Below, piece by piece: positions 11,505-29,023 of a stretch of DNA of 64,000 nt. The notes under the pieces are model-generated. The model was not told where the DNA came from. It made no database searches and saw only the letters and a list, made by a program, of their open reading frames with translations. Source of the DNA: Macrostomum lignano (Eukaryota); NCBI GenBank assembly GCA_002269645.1, contig NIVC01000976.1:310001-374000 (forward strand), in the 5' to 3' direction. A program made the translations under genes and the position numbers. Position 1 is the stretch's first letter; each line of letters starts with the position of its first letter.

Positions 11505-12506
11505 CTACTGGAAGCGAAATTCTCCCACCACTGGGAAGTGATCCGACAAGTGCCGAGTCCTGAGCCTGGCGTTACAGCCGCTGGAATCCGGCGCCACATA
11601 GCTCGGCTGAAACGGCGCCGAGATGCAAAAATTCACAGGCGCATCGGCAAGCAGGCGGACAGCGCGGATGCTTGAGGACACCGGCTGCTTGTGCTCGCGA
11701 CTGACGAACACATAGTCCAGCCACTGGCGCACCGTGATGCCCGGCTCCACTACGTCATTCTGCTCGGGTCGTAGGTAGAGCGCAGTGGTCCTCTAAGCCG
11801 GGGCAGACGGGCGTTGAGCCTCTGCAGCAAGCGGCTGACGTGGCCTCGGTTGGCCAGCAGGTCCGCGTTGAAGTCGCCCGCGAAAATTACCGGCTCATTG
11901 GGGCTGATCTGGCGAGACTGAGCGAAGCGGTGCAGTTCATCCGCTTGCTTCTCTCGATAGGCATCGAACTCGGGGCCATCCTCTGCCTGAAAATGTGAGA
12001 GGCACCCAGCACCCGACTGCAGCAAAATTCAAGGCCTATTTATCCTGAGAGCCATCTTAACAATGGAAATACGCTTGTACATCTAAACCCGATCTTGGCT
12101 GTACTTCGTATTGACTCCGTTTAATTTCATTAGCGGCTATCTGACATCAAAGTTAAAAAACAAGTTACCTGTAAATGTGTGCCAAATAGGTGAAACGCGG
12201 AACCCAGCTTGTCTATCCTGGCGTGAACCACACCTTTGTTGGCTAGAGAATCAGCGCTGCCAGGGTGCGCGTTGAGGTACACCGCCTGCGCCTGCTGCAG
12301 GATCGGCCAGCGAGAAGCGACGAACACGCCGCCGTTAATCCGCAGACCCCATCGGCGCACTCCGACCGTCCGAGTCGAGTAATTGAATCCGTAGCTGCGA
12401 AGCAGGCCGCGCAAACTGAACGTGTCGCTGCTGTCCGCTAGGCAACCCGGCTGGAATGCCTCCTGGAAAACGATTGCGTCAGCACCGGGGACCTCGGCCA
12501 GCAGAG
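11505..12506 (-). CDS. Secreted sphingomyelinase C-like EEP-fold phosphodiesterase, exons 3-4 (12506-12169, 11986-11505), with one 1-nt frameshift near 11757
   Basis: Motifs ADAIVFQEAF, NGGVFVASRWPI, DSLANKGVVHARI, GTHLQ|AED, VIFAGDFN, TYDP, WLDYVF and SDHFPV. GT-AG junctions are phase-consistent. The last exon is 482 nt (one short of a multiple of 3). Confidence 0.88.
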
Positions 12507-13026
12507 CTGCGGGTCACCGATCAGTTCCGATATCCGGTATTACAAAACCTACCCTGACTAGGCACCCTGATACAACGCATTCTGACCCATAAGCCGACCC
12601 TGTTCTATATCAAACAATCAAGTGGCCACGCACACACCGGGAGCACAGCGGCCAAAGCTGTCCTTTGGTAGCATCCACAAGGGCGATGACTGCACAGGCG
12701 AAGCCTGAGAGCTAACATCGATGTCATGCAACTCTCCCCGGCTCTTGACTCGTCGAACTCTTTACTCAACGGTGCTTTTTTCCTGGCCCTCCAAAAAAAG
12801 CGATTGATTGATCTTTGAGACCCAACCAGCTCTAACCTCAAACATCGAACTTCGAATTAAAGCTCGAAACATTTTCGGATCTCTATTAATCAGCTTTAGC
12901 TCTCTCATCACTCTCAAAGCACTACCAGCCTTACTTACTTACTTACTTACTACTGACGGGGGGCGCAGGCGCCGCGAATAGGCCGCGAGGCCCCTTTCGC
13001 AACCCCAAGGTAAAAGAGCACAAGGA

Positions 13027-18113
<5,087 letters not shown>

Positions 18114-18333
18114 TTAGCCAGCAGCCAACTACTTAGCAGCCACCTGCCCCGCAAAAAAGCAGCAGGGGGGATCCGTCCCCCACCAGCAGACCAAGACGAG
18201 GAAGCTAGCCGCTTCCACGCCAGGCCAGAACGAAAAGGAGGGGGAAGAGCCTCCTCGAAAAACGAAAAGCTGGCGGATGTCACAGAGTCCCTCGGTTTAA
18301 GTTGCCGTTTGCCCCCCCACTACCAGCCTTTAC

Positions 18334-18774
18334 CCCGCGGAATACGGCAGGTTCGCTCCCGCTGCCCGTCATGCGACACCAGGTACGGCCGGGCGAACAC
18401 ATTGTAGGACACTATGGTCAGCCGGCCGGCATCCGTGCTGTCCAGCCGCTTCGACAGTGTCTTTGCCCGGCAAAAAACCTTCGAACCTGTCCAGCAGGTG
18501 CTGCCGTCGCCGGCGGAGTCCAGTCGGTCGAACAGCAGGTCCAGCTTGCGGCAGCTGCTGGACTGATGAGCGCCGCAGATGGGCGCTGAGCCTGCGAGTT
18601 TGGGCAGAAATCAAGTAAAGCGTATCAATAAAACAGTAAAAATTCCTCGTAGTTACCCAGCCAAACTCCGGCAGTTTCTTGCGCAGCCGCAGTGGAAGAC
18701 AGCAGCAACAGTAGCAGCAGCAGATGACGACGAGCACCTGGAAGAATCCAGGAAAATTCCTCTCGAGCTGTCAT
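18334..18774 (-). CDS. Sphingomyelinase C-like gene, exons 1-2 (18774-18657, 18591-18334)
   Basis: Signal peptide MTAREEFSWILPGARRHLLLLLLLLSSTAAA. A phase-1 intron leads to WL|GSAPICG...C...DGSTCWTGSKVFC and then LTIVSYNVFARPYLVSHDGQRERTCRIPR. The phase-1 donor G|GTAAAG joins CGCAG|CT at 12506 to give IPRALLAEV. Confidence 0.88.
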
Positions 18775-19729
18775 CGTTATTCTAATTTTTGGGCTGGTTA
18801 GTTTGATATGTTGCTGAATGCTTGCGCTGGGAATCCTTAGGCGTTTGGGCCGCTCTATCAGTACCGTTAAACAAAATTGCAAAACTTATGAGTTGCCACC
18901 TGTGAGACGAGATTCTGCTTATCGTTGCAACAGTTTTGACACTATCAGCAGCAGAAACTGCGTGTCACGCCATGGCTAATGCTTATTTTCGTATAGTACC
19001 GCGAATGCAAATGACAGTGTTTCATGGTGACCTTTAGCCCGCAAAGATATCTATAGCATTCAAAGGCATTCAACGCTCAATTTTTTTTTTTAGTTTGCAA
19101 TTCTGGAACAGTGGAGGTAGCCCCATTTAAAGAAATTGTAAGACATTCAAAACTTGCTACTTCCAGTGGTAGCGAGATGCACACACAGCTATATAATTTA
19201 AAGTAATACTAATAAAAAACTGCCACTGAAATTTAACGGTCACACGAAAGTACAATACGAGTACAGCCATTTTTTCTACAATAAATTTGAATTTTTAAAT
19301 TAGCATTCACTACTTTGAGTTTGGATATTATACGTTTAAATTAGTGATTTTAGGTATGCTTACATAATAAAACTTAGAAGCTCTCCAAAGTTGCCGAGGA
19401 AGTGATCTCGTCCGACTGCTCAAAGCAAATATTCGACTAGAGCCGTTTCGCTTCGTACGAATTTCTACTTGCTTGTACTTTATATATCTGGAATTCAAGG
19501 CGCTGGCAGATGAATTGGGAACTGCTTCCAGTACCAGAATTGCCACGTTTTGAGTTTAGTGCCTGCCGGGGCTCATGCTAAAATTCGGAAATGCATTCAG
19601 TAGGTCGGAGTTCGGTTCGACTTCGGTCGGAGTTTCTGCATGTACGATTGCTTAATTCAGAGATTGGGGTGAACGTGTCTGACTCTCGCTCTTCCACATC
19701 TGCTTTGACACATTTGGGGAAAAACTCGC

Positions 19730-22165
19730 GCGGGAAAACCTCCTGCGGGAAAACCTCGCTGCGGGAAAACCTCCTGCGGGAAAACCTCCAGTGGGGAAAC
19801 CTCCTGCGGGAAACCTCCTGCGGGAAAACCTCCAGTGGGAAAACCTCCTGCGGGAAACCTCCTGCGGGAAAACCTCCTGCGGGAAAACCTCCAGTGGGAA
19901 AACCTCCTGCGGGAAACCTCCTGCGGGAAAACCTCCAGTGGGGAAACCTCCTGCGGGAAAACCTCGCTGCGGGAAAACCTCCAGTGGGGAAACCTCGCTG
20001 CGGGAAAACCTCCTGCGGGAAAACCTCCTGCGGGAAAACCTCCAGTGGGGAAACCTCGCTGCGGGAAAACCTCCTGCGGGAAAACCTCGGCGGGAAAACC
20101 TCGGTGGGAAAACCTCGGTGGGAAAACCTCGGCGGGAAAACCTCGGCGGGAAAACCTCGGCGGGAAAACCTCGGCGGGAAAACCTCGGCGGGAAAACCTC
20201 GGCGGGAAAACCTCGGCGGGAAAACCTCGGCGGGAAAACCTCCTGCGGGAAAACCTCCTGCGGGAAAACCTCCTGCGGGAAACCTCCTGCGGGAAACCTC
20301 CTGCGGGAAAACCTCCTGCGGGAAAACCTCCAGTGGGAAAACCTCCTGCGGGAAACCTCCTGCGGGAAAACCTCCTGCGGGAAACCTCCTGCGGGAAAAC
20401 CTCCTGCGGGAAAACCTCCAGTGGGAAAACCTCCTGCGGGAAAACCTCCTGCGGGAAAACCTCCAGTGGGGAAACCTCCTGCGGGAAAACCTCGCTGCGG
20501 GAAAACCTCCAGTGGGGAAACCTCGCTGCGGGAAAACCTCCTGCGGGAAAACCTCCTGCGGGAAAACCTCCAGTGGGGAAACCTCGCTGCGGGAAAACCT
20601 CCTGCGGGAAACCTCCTGCGGGAAAACCTCCTGCGGGAAACCTCCTGCGGGAAAACCTCCTGCGGGAAAACCTCCAGTGGGAAAACCTCCTGCGGGAAAC
20701 CTCCTGCGGGAAAACCTCCAGTGGGGAAACCTCCTGCGGGAAAACCTCGCTGCGGGAAAACCTCCAGTGGGGAAACCTCGCTGCGGGAAAACCTCCTGCG
20801 GGAAAACCTCCTGCGGGAAAACCTCCAGTGGGGAAACCTCGCTGCGGGAAAACCTCCTGCGGGAAAACCTCGGCGGGAAAACCTCGGTGGGAAAACCTCG
20901 GTGGGAAAACCTCGGCGGGAAAACCTCGGCGGGAAAACCTCGGCGGGAAAACCTCGGCGGGAAAACCTCGGCGGGAAAACCTCGGCGGGAAAACCTCGGC
21001 GGGAAAACCTCGGCGGGAAAACCTCGGCGGGAAAACCTCGGCGGGAAAACCTCCTGCGGGAAAACCTCCTGCGGGAAAACCTCCTGCGGGAAAACCTCCA
21101 GTGGGGAAACCTCGCTGCGGGAAAACCTCCTGCGGGAAAACCTCCAGTGGGGAAACCTCGCTGCGGGAAAACCTCGCTGCGGGAAAACCTCCTGCGGGAA
21201 AACCTCCAGTGGGGAAACCTCGCTGCGGGAAAACCTCGGCGGGAAAACCTCGGCGGGAAAACCTCGGCGGGAAAACCTCCTGCGGGAAAACCTCCTGCGG
21301 GAAAACCTCCTGCGGGAAAACCTCCAGTGGGGAAACCTCGCTGCGGGAAAACCTCCAGTGGGGAAACTTCGCTGCGGGAAAACCTCCTGCGGGAAAACCT
21401 CCAGTGGGGAAACCTCCTGCGGGAAAACCTCCTGCGGGAAAACCTCCTGCGGGAAAACCTCCAGTGGGGAAACCTCGCTGCGGGAAAACCTCCTGCGGGA
21501 AAACCTCCTGCGGGAAAACCTCCTGCGGGAAAACCTCCTGCGGGAAAACCTCGCTGCGGGAAAACCTCCAGTGGGGAAACCTCGCTGCGGGAAAACCTCC
21601 TGCGGGAAAACCTCCAGTGGGGAAACCTCGCTGCGGGAAAACCTCCTGCGGGAAAACCTCCAGTGGGGAAACCTCGCTGCGGGAAAACCTCCTGCGGGAA
21701 AACCTCGGCGGGAAAACCTCGGCGAGAAAACCTCCAGTGGGGAAACCTCCTGCGGGAAAACGTCGGCGGGAAAACCTCGGTGGGAAAACCTCGGCGGGAA
21801 AACCTCGGCGGGAAAACCTCGGCGGGAAAACCTCGGCGGGAAAACCTCGGTGGGAAAACTTCGGCGGGAAAACCTCGGCAGGAAAACCTCGGCGGGAAAA
21901 CCTCGGCGGGAAAACCTCGGCGGGAAAACCTCGGCGGGAAAACCTCGGTGGGAAAACCTCGGCGGGAAAACCTCGGCGGGAAAACCTCGGCGGGAAAACC
22001 TCGGTGGGAAAACTTCGGCGGGAAAACCTCGGCGGGAAAACCTCGGCGGGAAAACCTCGGCGGGAAAACTTCGGCGGGAAAACCTCGGTGGGAAAACTTC
22101 GGCGGGAAAACCTCGGCGGGAAAACCTCGGCGGGAAAACCTCGGCGGGAAAACCTCCTGCGGGAA
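19730..22165. repeat. Complex short-unit satellite (core GGGAAAACCTC plus variable CTGC/GGC/GCTGC/CAGTG linkers)
   Basis: About 2.4 kb of 13-16-bp variant units. It causes the four 790-930-aa pseudo-ORFs. Confidence 0.97.
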
Positions 22166-23749
22166 ATTTTCGTGCTCCCCGTCTGTGCATCTGGCACCAG
22201 GCTAATTCTATAACCATATAATAGAATTTAATCAAAAAATTACCCGTTTTAAAAGAAAAAAATTGCATGAAGCATAGCGAGCGCAAGGTTCTTTGTTTAT
22301 AAAGGGTTTTGGACCCCTTCTCCCGCGTGTCCCTACAAGTAAGTGTGGTGTGTTGACCGACCAAATCATCTTTCATTGTACTCGGATCCTACTACCAGGA
22401 CCTCTCGACCAATAGAATCCCTCCCCCCACATTACCCTTCTACTCCAAAATACCATACAAGGTAAACGCTACCCTTGAACACTCACACCCCTCCATACAC
22501 TCAGCTGCCTGACCCCATCTCCAGGCCCCTCCCTCATCCGGCCTGCCCAACCCCAACCCTGGGCTGCTCCACCAATCTCTCGGCCCACCCCTGCCTCACT
22601 CAACCTCTGGTCTGACCCACCTCGTCACCGAGGTCTCCCCTCTCGTCTCCGTGGCCATACTGTACCATTTTCCTACTACTAATAACTAATTCGAAATAAT
22701 ACTCGTAATTTCACTATGGTTTTTAGACAAGAAAGTTATTTAAATGCATTGACCACTCGAGTTCCTCACCCTTGACTCTCCCAATAACTAATTTTACAGA
22801 GAATTTTACAGAGATTAGATTTAACTAATCTTAAATTACTATTAATAGCTTTCGCAACCATAGGCTACTCGATATCTCGAAAAGAACGGAGTAGCAACCT
22901 GTTCGCAGTTTTAACCAGTGTCTTCCTGCACTCACGAAGGTGAACTCGCTTTCGCTGGCCCAGTTATTGAATTTGATCGTTCGCGATTGCGAGTCTTCCG
23001 CTTGTATTGATCCGCTTTAGCTCCCTGAAATTTGCTTTCAACTCTCTTCCTGAAAAAGTCTCGCGCAGCCACAGCAGCAGCATTCCGCTCTTCTCTGTGC
23101 AAAGCAGGACAGCCCCCGTTCATACGCCAGCGCTGCAATTTGGTCAGAGTCGCCTCTCAAACCCGAAGCGTTTGCCTATGGGGTGTCGCAACTGCGCGCG
23201 CGGAGAAACCAAAAAATCGTTTTTGCGACTTTCCAATGAATGAGAAGCAACAGCCTGGCTCGCCACGATCAACTCGACACTCGATGAATCAGGAAACATT
23301 TCGACTGCTGTGGCTAAACTCTGCTGGCTCAACGGTAAGTTTCATGAGTGCGCTTTCTTGATGTGTACAGTGCAGTGCAGTGTAGTAAGAGATGTACTTA
23401 CAATTTAGTCCGTTCGGTATGTTCTGGTTACGAGCGCGATTTGGGTAACAAAGAACTGTATAATTGACTCCTCGAGTCCTTGACTCCTAGACTACGAGTA
23501 GACTGATGCAAATATTTTGTTGCATCCTGCCTCCTTTCTATTCGGCAGCGATTTCTTAACGCCATCTCTTTTAGAAGGCGAATAATTGGGAAAGACTAAT
23601 TCGCTTCCATTTTCATCGCCTTTTTGTACTAGCTCGTACGAGCTGGTTATCTCGATTTTTTTCTATCTGAGCAATATTTTGTATTTTGCTTCCCAATGAG
23701 AGTTCAGTGTCAGAATTTCTTGGACATGAATGTTTTGCAGGTTTTTCTC

Positions 23750-24080
<331 letters not shown>

Positions 24081-24324
24081 TATCTATTTCTGTCTGTCAG
24101 AATAAAAGAGGCATCATGGTTCATAAAAAAGCGAAAGTTCAAACAAAATACAGTAAGCGTAATTTTTCACATAAAAAATTAATATGGGAATTGCTTAGAT
24201 GTGAAGGCTCTATAATTGCTCAAATATGCGGTCCACGAGACCAGGTTCTTCTCAACGCAAAAGTGCACTGCATTACAAAGCCGTATTAGCTCCTAATAAA
24301 ATCGCCTAATCAACTCAATCAGAT

Positions 24325-25636
24325 ATGCTGCGTCAGCTACTTCGCCATCTTGCTCGACAGCAGCCCCTGAGCTGGAGGTTCATTTTCTGCGCTGTAATCG
24401 CAGTAGCAACCCTCTTGACGATTTGCACTGCACCCATGAGAATTCGGTCGTTGAACAATGACTTCCCAAAGATGGGCTGCCTTTCGTCCAGTAGACTGCC
24501 ATTAGCTCGTAAAATCCCAAGCAGTCTGTTTCGACATCTCGGCAACTGGAGCTTTGAGGAGCCGGCAAGACTAGCCAAGTTGTGTCGCCCAGACGCCAGA
24601 CAAACGAATCACGAGTTTCCAGTGAAGCGAGCCTCATTTCCACAGACTCTGTTAGCAATTGTTCCGATCACTTCGGAAATGTCTGAGCAGCGGAAAGATC
24701 TGAGGCGAGTATTGAGCTTGCGTTTCAAACTTTTATTAAAATAATTCGTTTTTCAAGTGAAAAAGAGAAAAGGGGCAAAATTAGCACGCCTAAGATCCCA
24801 CTTAATTGCCTTCCAGACTGACATGGGGCTCCGAATTGAACAAGAACTTCGGCCAGCTACTATTCCTAGTGCAGCTGGAGTGGGGCACCTCACCACCAAA
24901 GGAACTGATGCTGGAAAACCAAAGGCAGCAGGATATCCTGATTGCCTATCACAATGGTGAGCCCAGAGGTGACTCCTATGGTACGCTGGTGCTAAAGATG
25001 ATCGCCGGATTGCAATGGTACGCCAAAGCCTGCCGTCGGGGATTTAAATTTGTGCTCAAATCGGACTACGACTCCTACTGGAACGTTGAGTCTCTTGTCA
25101 ACCTGCTCCTTCGGCATCGACATTCGGAGCCGCTCGTGCTCGGCTCAGTTCAGGAGAGCGCCTCTGTGCTTCGCGATCCGCAGTCAGATTTCTACGTATC
25201 GCAGGAGGCCTACTCAGACAGTCACTTCCCTGCATACGTGTCGGGAGGACCTGGCTACGCGATGTCCCGAGCCGCGGCCGTGTCCATCGCCAGCTTGGCC
25301 GAGTATCACGTGCCTCGCAATGGCGCTCTGTGGCTGGAGGACGTATACATTACTGGGCTGCTTCCGGCTGTGGGCTACTCAACCTGCAACGGCAGCTCAA
25401 GTTCCGCATTTTTGCACCTGCACTCGGACTATGTATATATCTGTCGCTACATGGAGTTTACAGCCGAAATGGTGACGCGGTGGCCACCACTGGCCATGCA
25501 CCGAGTGCGCGGGCGTCAACTGCACGATCTGCACGCTTGGGCGCGCAGTGCGGGTGCAGCTGAGATCGCTCAGAAAAAGCATAGCATTGTGTACAGCAGG
25601 AAACTGTGTGAGAAAACTGGCAAATCACTACTATGA
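24325..25636 (+). CDS. GT31 beta-1,3-galactosyltransferase/GlcNAc-transferase-like type II membrane protein, exons 24325-24704 and 24817-25636
   Basis: N-terminal TM (FIFCAVIAVATLLTIC). Joined motif EQRKDLR|LTWG, then QLLFLV, FVLKSDYDSYWN (DxD), FPAYVSGGPGYAMS and LEDVYITG. The model requires a GC-AG intron. Confidence 0.85.
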
Positions 25637-26629
25637 TATTGCTCTTGGCTTCATAAATTCTGTGCAGTGCTCGAAATGTTGTATGAAATATATATCTGCA
25701 TGCTGACAGTTTTGCGCCAATGCGAAATACTCTCATGGTTTCATGAATAATTTAAATCTGACTCGAAAGGTTCTTAAGGTACATTTTTAGCTTAAAACAT
25801 TAAGTCGTACAGAAACGTGCGACTAACCTTGTGGACGACTAAAAGTAAAATGACGCTCGAGCGAATGTTACTAGATTTAGAGGCCGGAATTCGCTGCTAA
25901 AAATGATTTTCGAGGGAAATGAAGTTTTTATATCGTTAGCACTAAATTGGCATACCTAAGAGTTCTCATACTTCTGAATTTTCGATTGAAAATCGAACAA
26001 GTATGTATTGCCCACAGATTCTATGACACTAGATGTGTCAATTCAATGTAAAAAAGTGGTCATTTGGCCTTTCTAGCCGCGCAACGCTCTACCTTGTCGC
26101 TCTTCATCGTCGAGCTCATCAACGCATTGAACTGGATCTTCGTCACCCGTTTGAGCTTGATGCGGTAGCATTTTTTGCAGAGATGGTAGAGCGTTCCAAC
26201 ACCGCGTTCTCATAACTTTGACCCGGAGGGCACGAATAGGCGACATCTTCTAAGTGCCTGTAGCGCACCATTAGGTTTCTTGCGCAAACGGACTTCAGAG
26301 TCTCATTCGCCAGTCGTAGAATATGCAGTAAGTTTGTTGCGATCGAGTCACTCAGCGGAAATTTCTGCGATTTCACACAATGATGTGCAATCGGGTAGCT
26401 CGTACGCTTCAGGGCACCTGAATACGCAACACATCTTGGAATGCATGACTAACAGATGTTCAAGCTCTGTTGCAGATGAGGGCGAGTCGGCTGTAGGTGA
26501 CGGCAGTGGGAGATTATTCAGTATGTCTTTGATATAGATCACGGGTCGGCAAACTCCGGCCCGCGGCCACATGAGGCCTCTCCATAATGCTTTGAAACTT
26601 CACAATAACAATCCGGCCCGCTCAAATCT

Positions 26630-26875
26630 TGTCTCTCCCTTCTTCTCTCTCCCCTCTTCTCTCTCCCCTCTACCTCTTCTCTTTCCCCTCTCCCTCTTCT
26701 ATCTCCCCTCTCCCGTCTCTTCTCTCCTCTTTCCCATCTCTTCTCTCCATTCTCCCCTCTCCTTTCTCCTCTCCCCCATCTCCTTTTTCCTCTTCTCTTC
26801 TCTCTCTTGTCTCATCTCATCTCTCGCTTCTCCTCTCTTCTCTCATATTCTATTCCGTCTGCTTTCCACTCTCAT
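26630..26875. repeat. Pyrimidine-rich (CT) low-complexity tract
   Basis: Direct reading. Confidence 0.85.
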
Positions 26876-26978
26876 CTGGCCCAAAGCCACGAGCTGGATT
26901 TATAAACTCAGTTAGAGGCATAGTTTTATAAACTCAACCCTATATCTAGGTTTAAGATCCCAGTTCGCCTGGTGCGCC

Positions 26979-29023
26979 CACAGATACTATAAACACTAGA
27001 TAGGCCACTCCAGCTAATTTTCACAACACGACAGTTTACTCTACTTTCTGCTTAGTAGTAGTAAAAACATTTTAGCGTTATTTATATTTTTTTAAAATAA
27101 AAAAACAGATGAATGCAATGCAGCAATTGTATTGATTTTTTGCAAAAAGAAACTTATAATTATACTTTCCACAATTCAAAGCAACATTGTGAATGCTTTA
27201 GATTGCATAGAAGGCTATATTATTGCAGTCTACTATTGTATATTTAGCAAATACGAGCTATATCATATACTCCATAATCCATATTCGTGAAGCAAAATAG
27301 AAAGATTTCTCATCTTAATCAGCTCATCTGTTTGTGAAACTCGCAGCGTGCTGTCAAAGAACAGGGTCGCCAGTCGCCCTTGTTCAGAGGCAGCATTCAG
27401 AACGGCCCAACAGATGAAAAAAACTGGCGAATGCGCCACTTCAAGGTCCAGGGATGTATCCGATGGAGCCAATCCTCAGTGGTTTCGTAACAGGCAGCCG
27501 ATAAGCAGCAGGACTTTTGTGGTGCAGCTGCAATGAGCTGCTGATGAGATGACATCCTTTGACCAGAGCACCCCTGACTGCGAGCGCCCTGCCGCCCAGT
27601 CGACCGCTGGAAGCTGCGCTAGCCACGCCTCCACAGTCCATGGATGCACGACTGCGCTGCACTTGCCTTGACCATCGAGAGTTGCCGCTGCAGCCGCTTG
27701 ATTTGCCTGTCGCTTTCGGGATTGCCGCTGCAGCCGCTTGATTTGCCTGTCGCTTTCGGGATTGCCGCTGCAGCCGCTTGATTTGCCTGTCGCTTTCGGG
27801 ATTGCCGCTGCAGCCGCTTGATTTGCCTGTCGCTTTCGGGATTGCCGCTGCAGCCGCTTGATTCGCCTGTCACTTTCGGGATTGCCGCTGCAGCCGCTTG
27901 ATTCGCCTGTCACTTTCGGGATCGTTGCTGCAGCCGCTTGATCTTTGCCTCTAGCGCTTGGAACCCGCGAATCGGCTGCAGAGGTGAGAGCTTTCAGCCG
28001 CAACAGCTGTTCTCGGCGCAGAATCTGGTAGCCGAAGGTTGCTCTGCCACAGCACTGGCAGCAGGCAAGTCGCAGGCTCGGCTGCAGATAGATTGCTAAT
28101 TGGCCCCAGCACTGGAGGGTACATGTCGTCTGCCTCTTCATCGTTTATCAGTCCTTTGCACAGAGGGTAGCTGGTCTATTTGAACGAGCCGAGGCAGCAT
28201 CAACTCTTGGTGTGGGATTGCGTCCCAGCGAAAACAGATGTCTTGCACATCCGTGGCACTTTGTAAGGCAGCAGTAGGCCTCGTCCATAAAGTGCAAGCT
28301 GAACACACGGAGGCCCCGTGATTTAATTGTTTATAAAGATCAATATCCACGCTCCTGTAGTAGCTGCTGCCAGCGCTTCGCCAGTGTCATCTTTTGGTAA
28401 TTTATGCATTCGCAACGGATTTTTCTTTCTCGGATGTTAATAGCACTAGTACAAAGCTCGTGCAAGTGGGAGCACAGCAGTGGTTCGAATCAAAACATTT
28501 CTCGAGTACAAGATTAGATAGAAAAGCTAGTATGCACTCGAACTTTCTTTAACTCTGACTCTTGTCCTGTTCATCTATATAAGCTTGTATTTAAGCACGA
28601 TTCGCCACCCCCAAATTTTCTAACCCACAACCTCTCAACCCCCACCCCACCCCTAACCCAGGCTAGCTATGTGCAGTCCTTTATTTTCTATCCCACCACC
28701 AGTAGGCCTAAATTATCGATCCACTCACCCTGCCTTATACGAAACTGATATTAACCCTATTCCAGACTACCCCCCTTCCTCCACTTTGAAAGATAGCGGC
28801 ATTGCACACTGTCTGTCGCGTCTTAATGTACACCATTACTGCACAAAACAAGTTAGTTGTTTATGGCGTTAGCAAAACGATGTCTTAAAAACAGTCACTC
28901 GATTTGTCTAATTTAGCAAATAATACTGTTGCTTCCTTTCATTGCTACTAAGCAGAAAGTAGAATAAAAAACTTGCCCAGAAAATTAGCCTGAGTGGCCT
29001 ATCTAGTGTTTATAGTATCTGTG
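26979..29023 (-). mobile_element. Non-autonomous TIR DNA transposon with 8-bp TSD and degenerate THAP-like domain (P-element/hAT-like)
   Basis: Perfect 32-bp TIR CACAGATACTATAAACACTAGATAGGCCACTC. TSD GGTGCGCC at 26971-26978 and 29024-29031. Minus-strand fragments at about 28270-28490: HCCAPTC, RMHKLPKD, LAKRWQQLL, VCS, LHFMDE. Confidence 0.85.
27680..27935. repeat. 39-bp tandem repeat inside the 8-bp-TSD transposon
   Basis: Unit GATTGCCGCTGCAGCCGCTTGATTTGCCTGTCGCTTTCGG-like, about 6 copies. Confidence 0.9.

Noticed and set aside
19578-22376. Four 790-930-aa ORFs on both strands
   Set aside because: They are translations of a stop-free short-unit satellite, not proteins.
22932-23332. Short ORFs with coding-like composition
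   Set aside because: No recognisable motif or consistent splice model.
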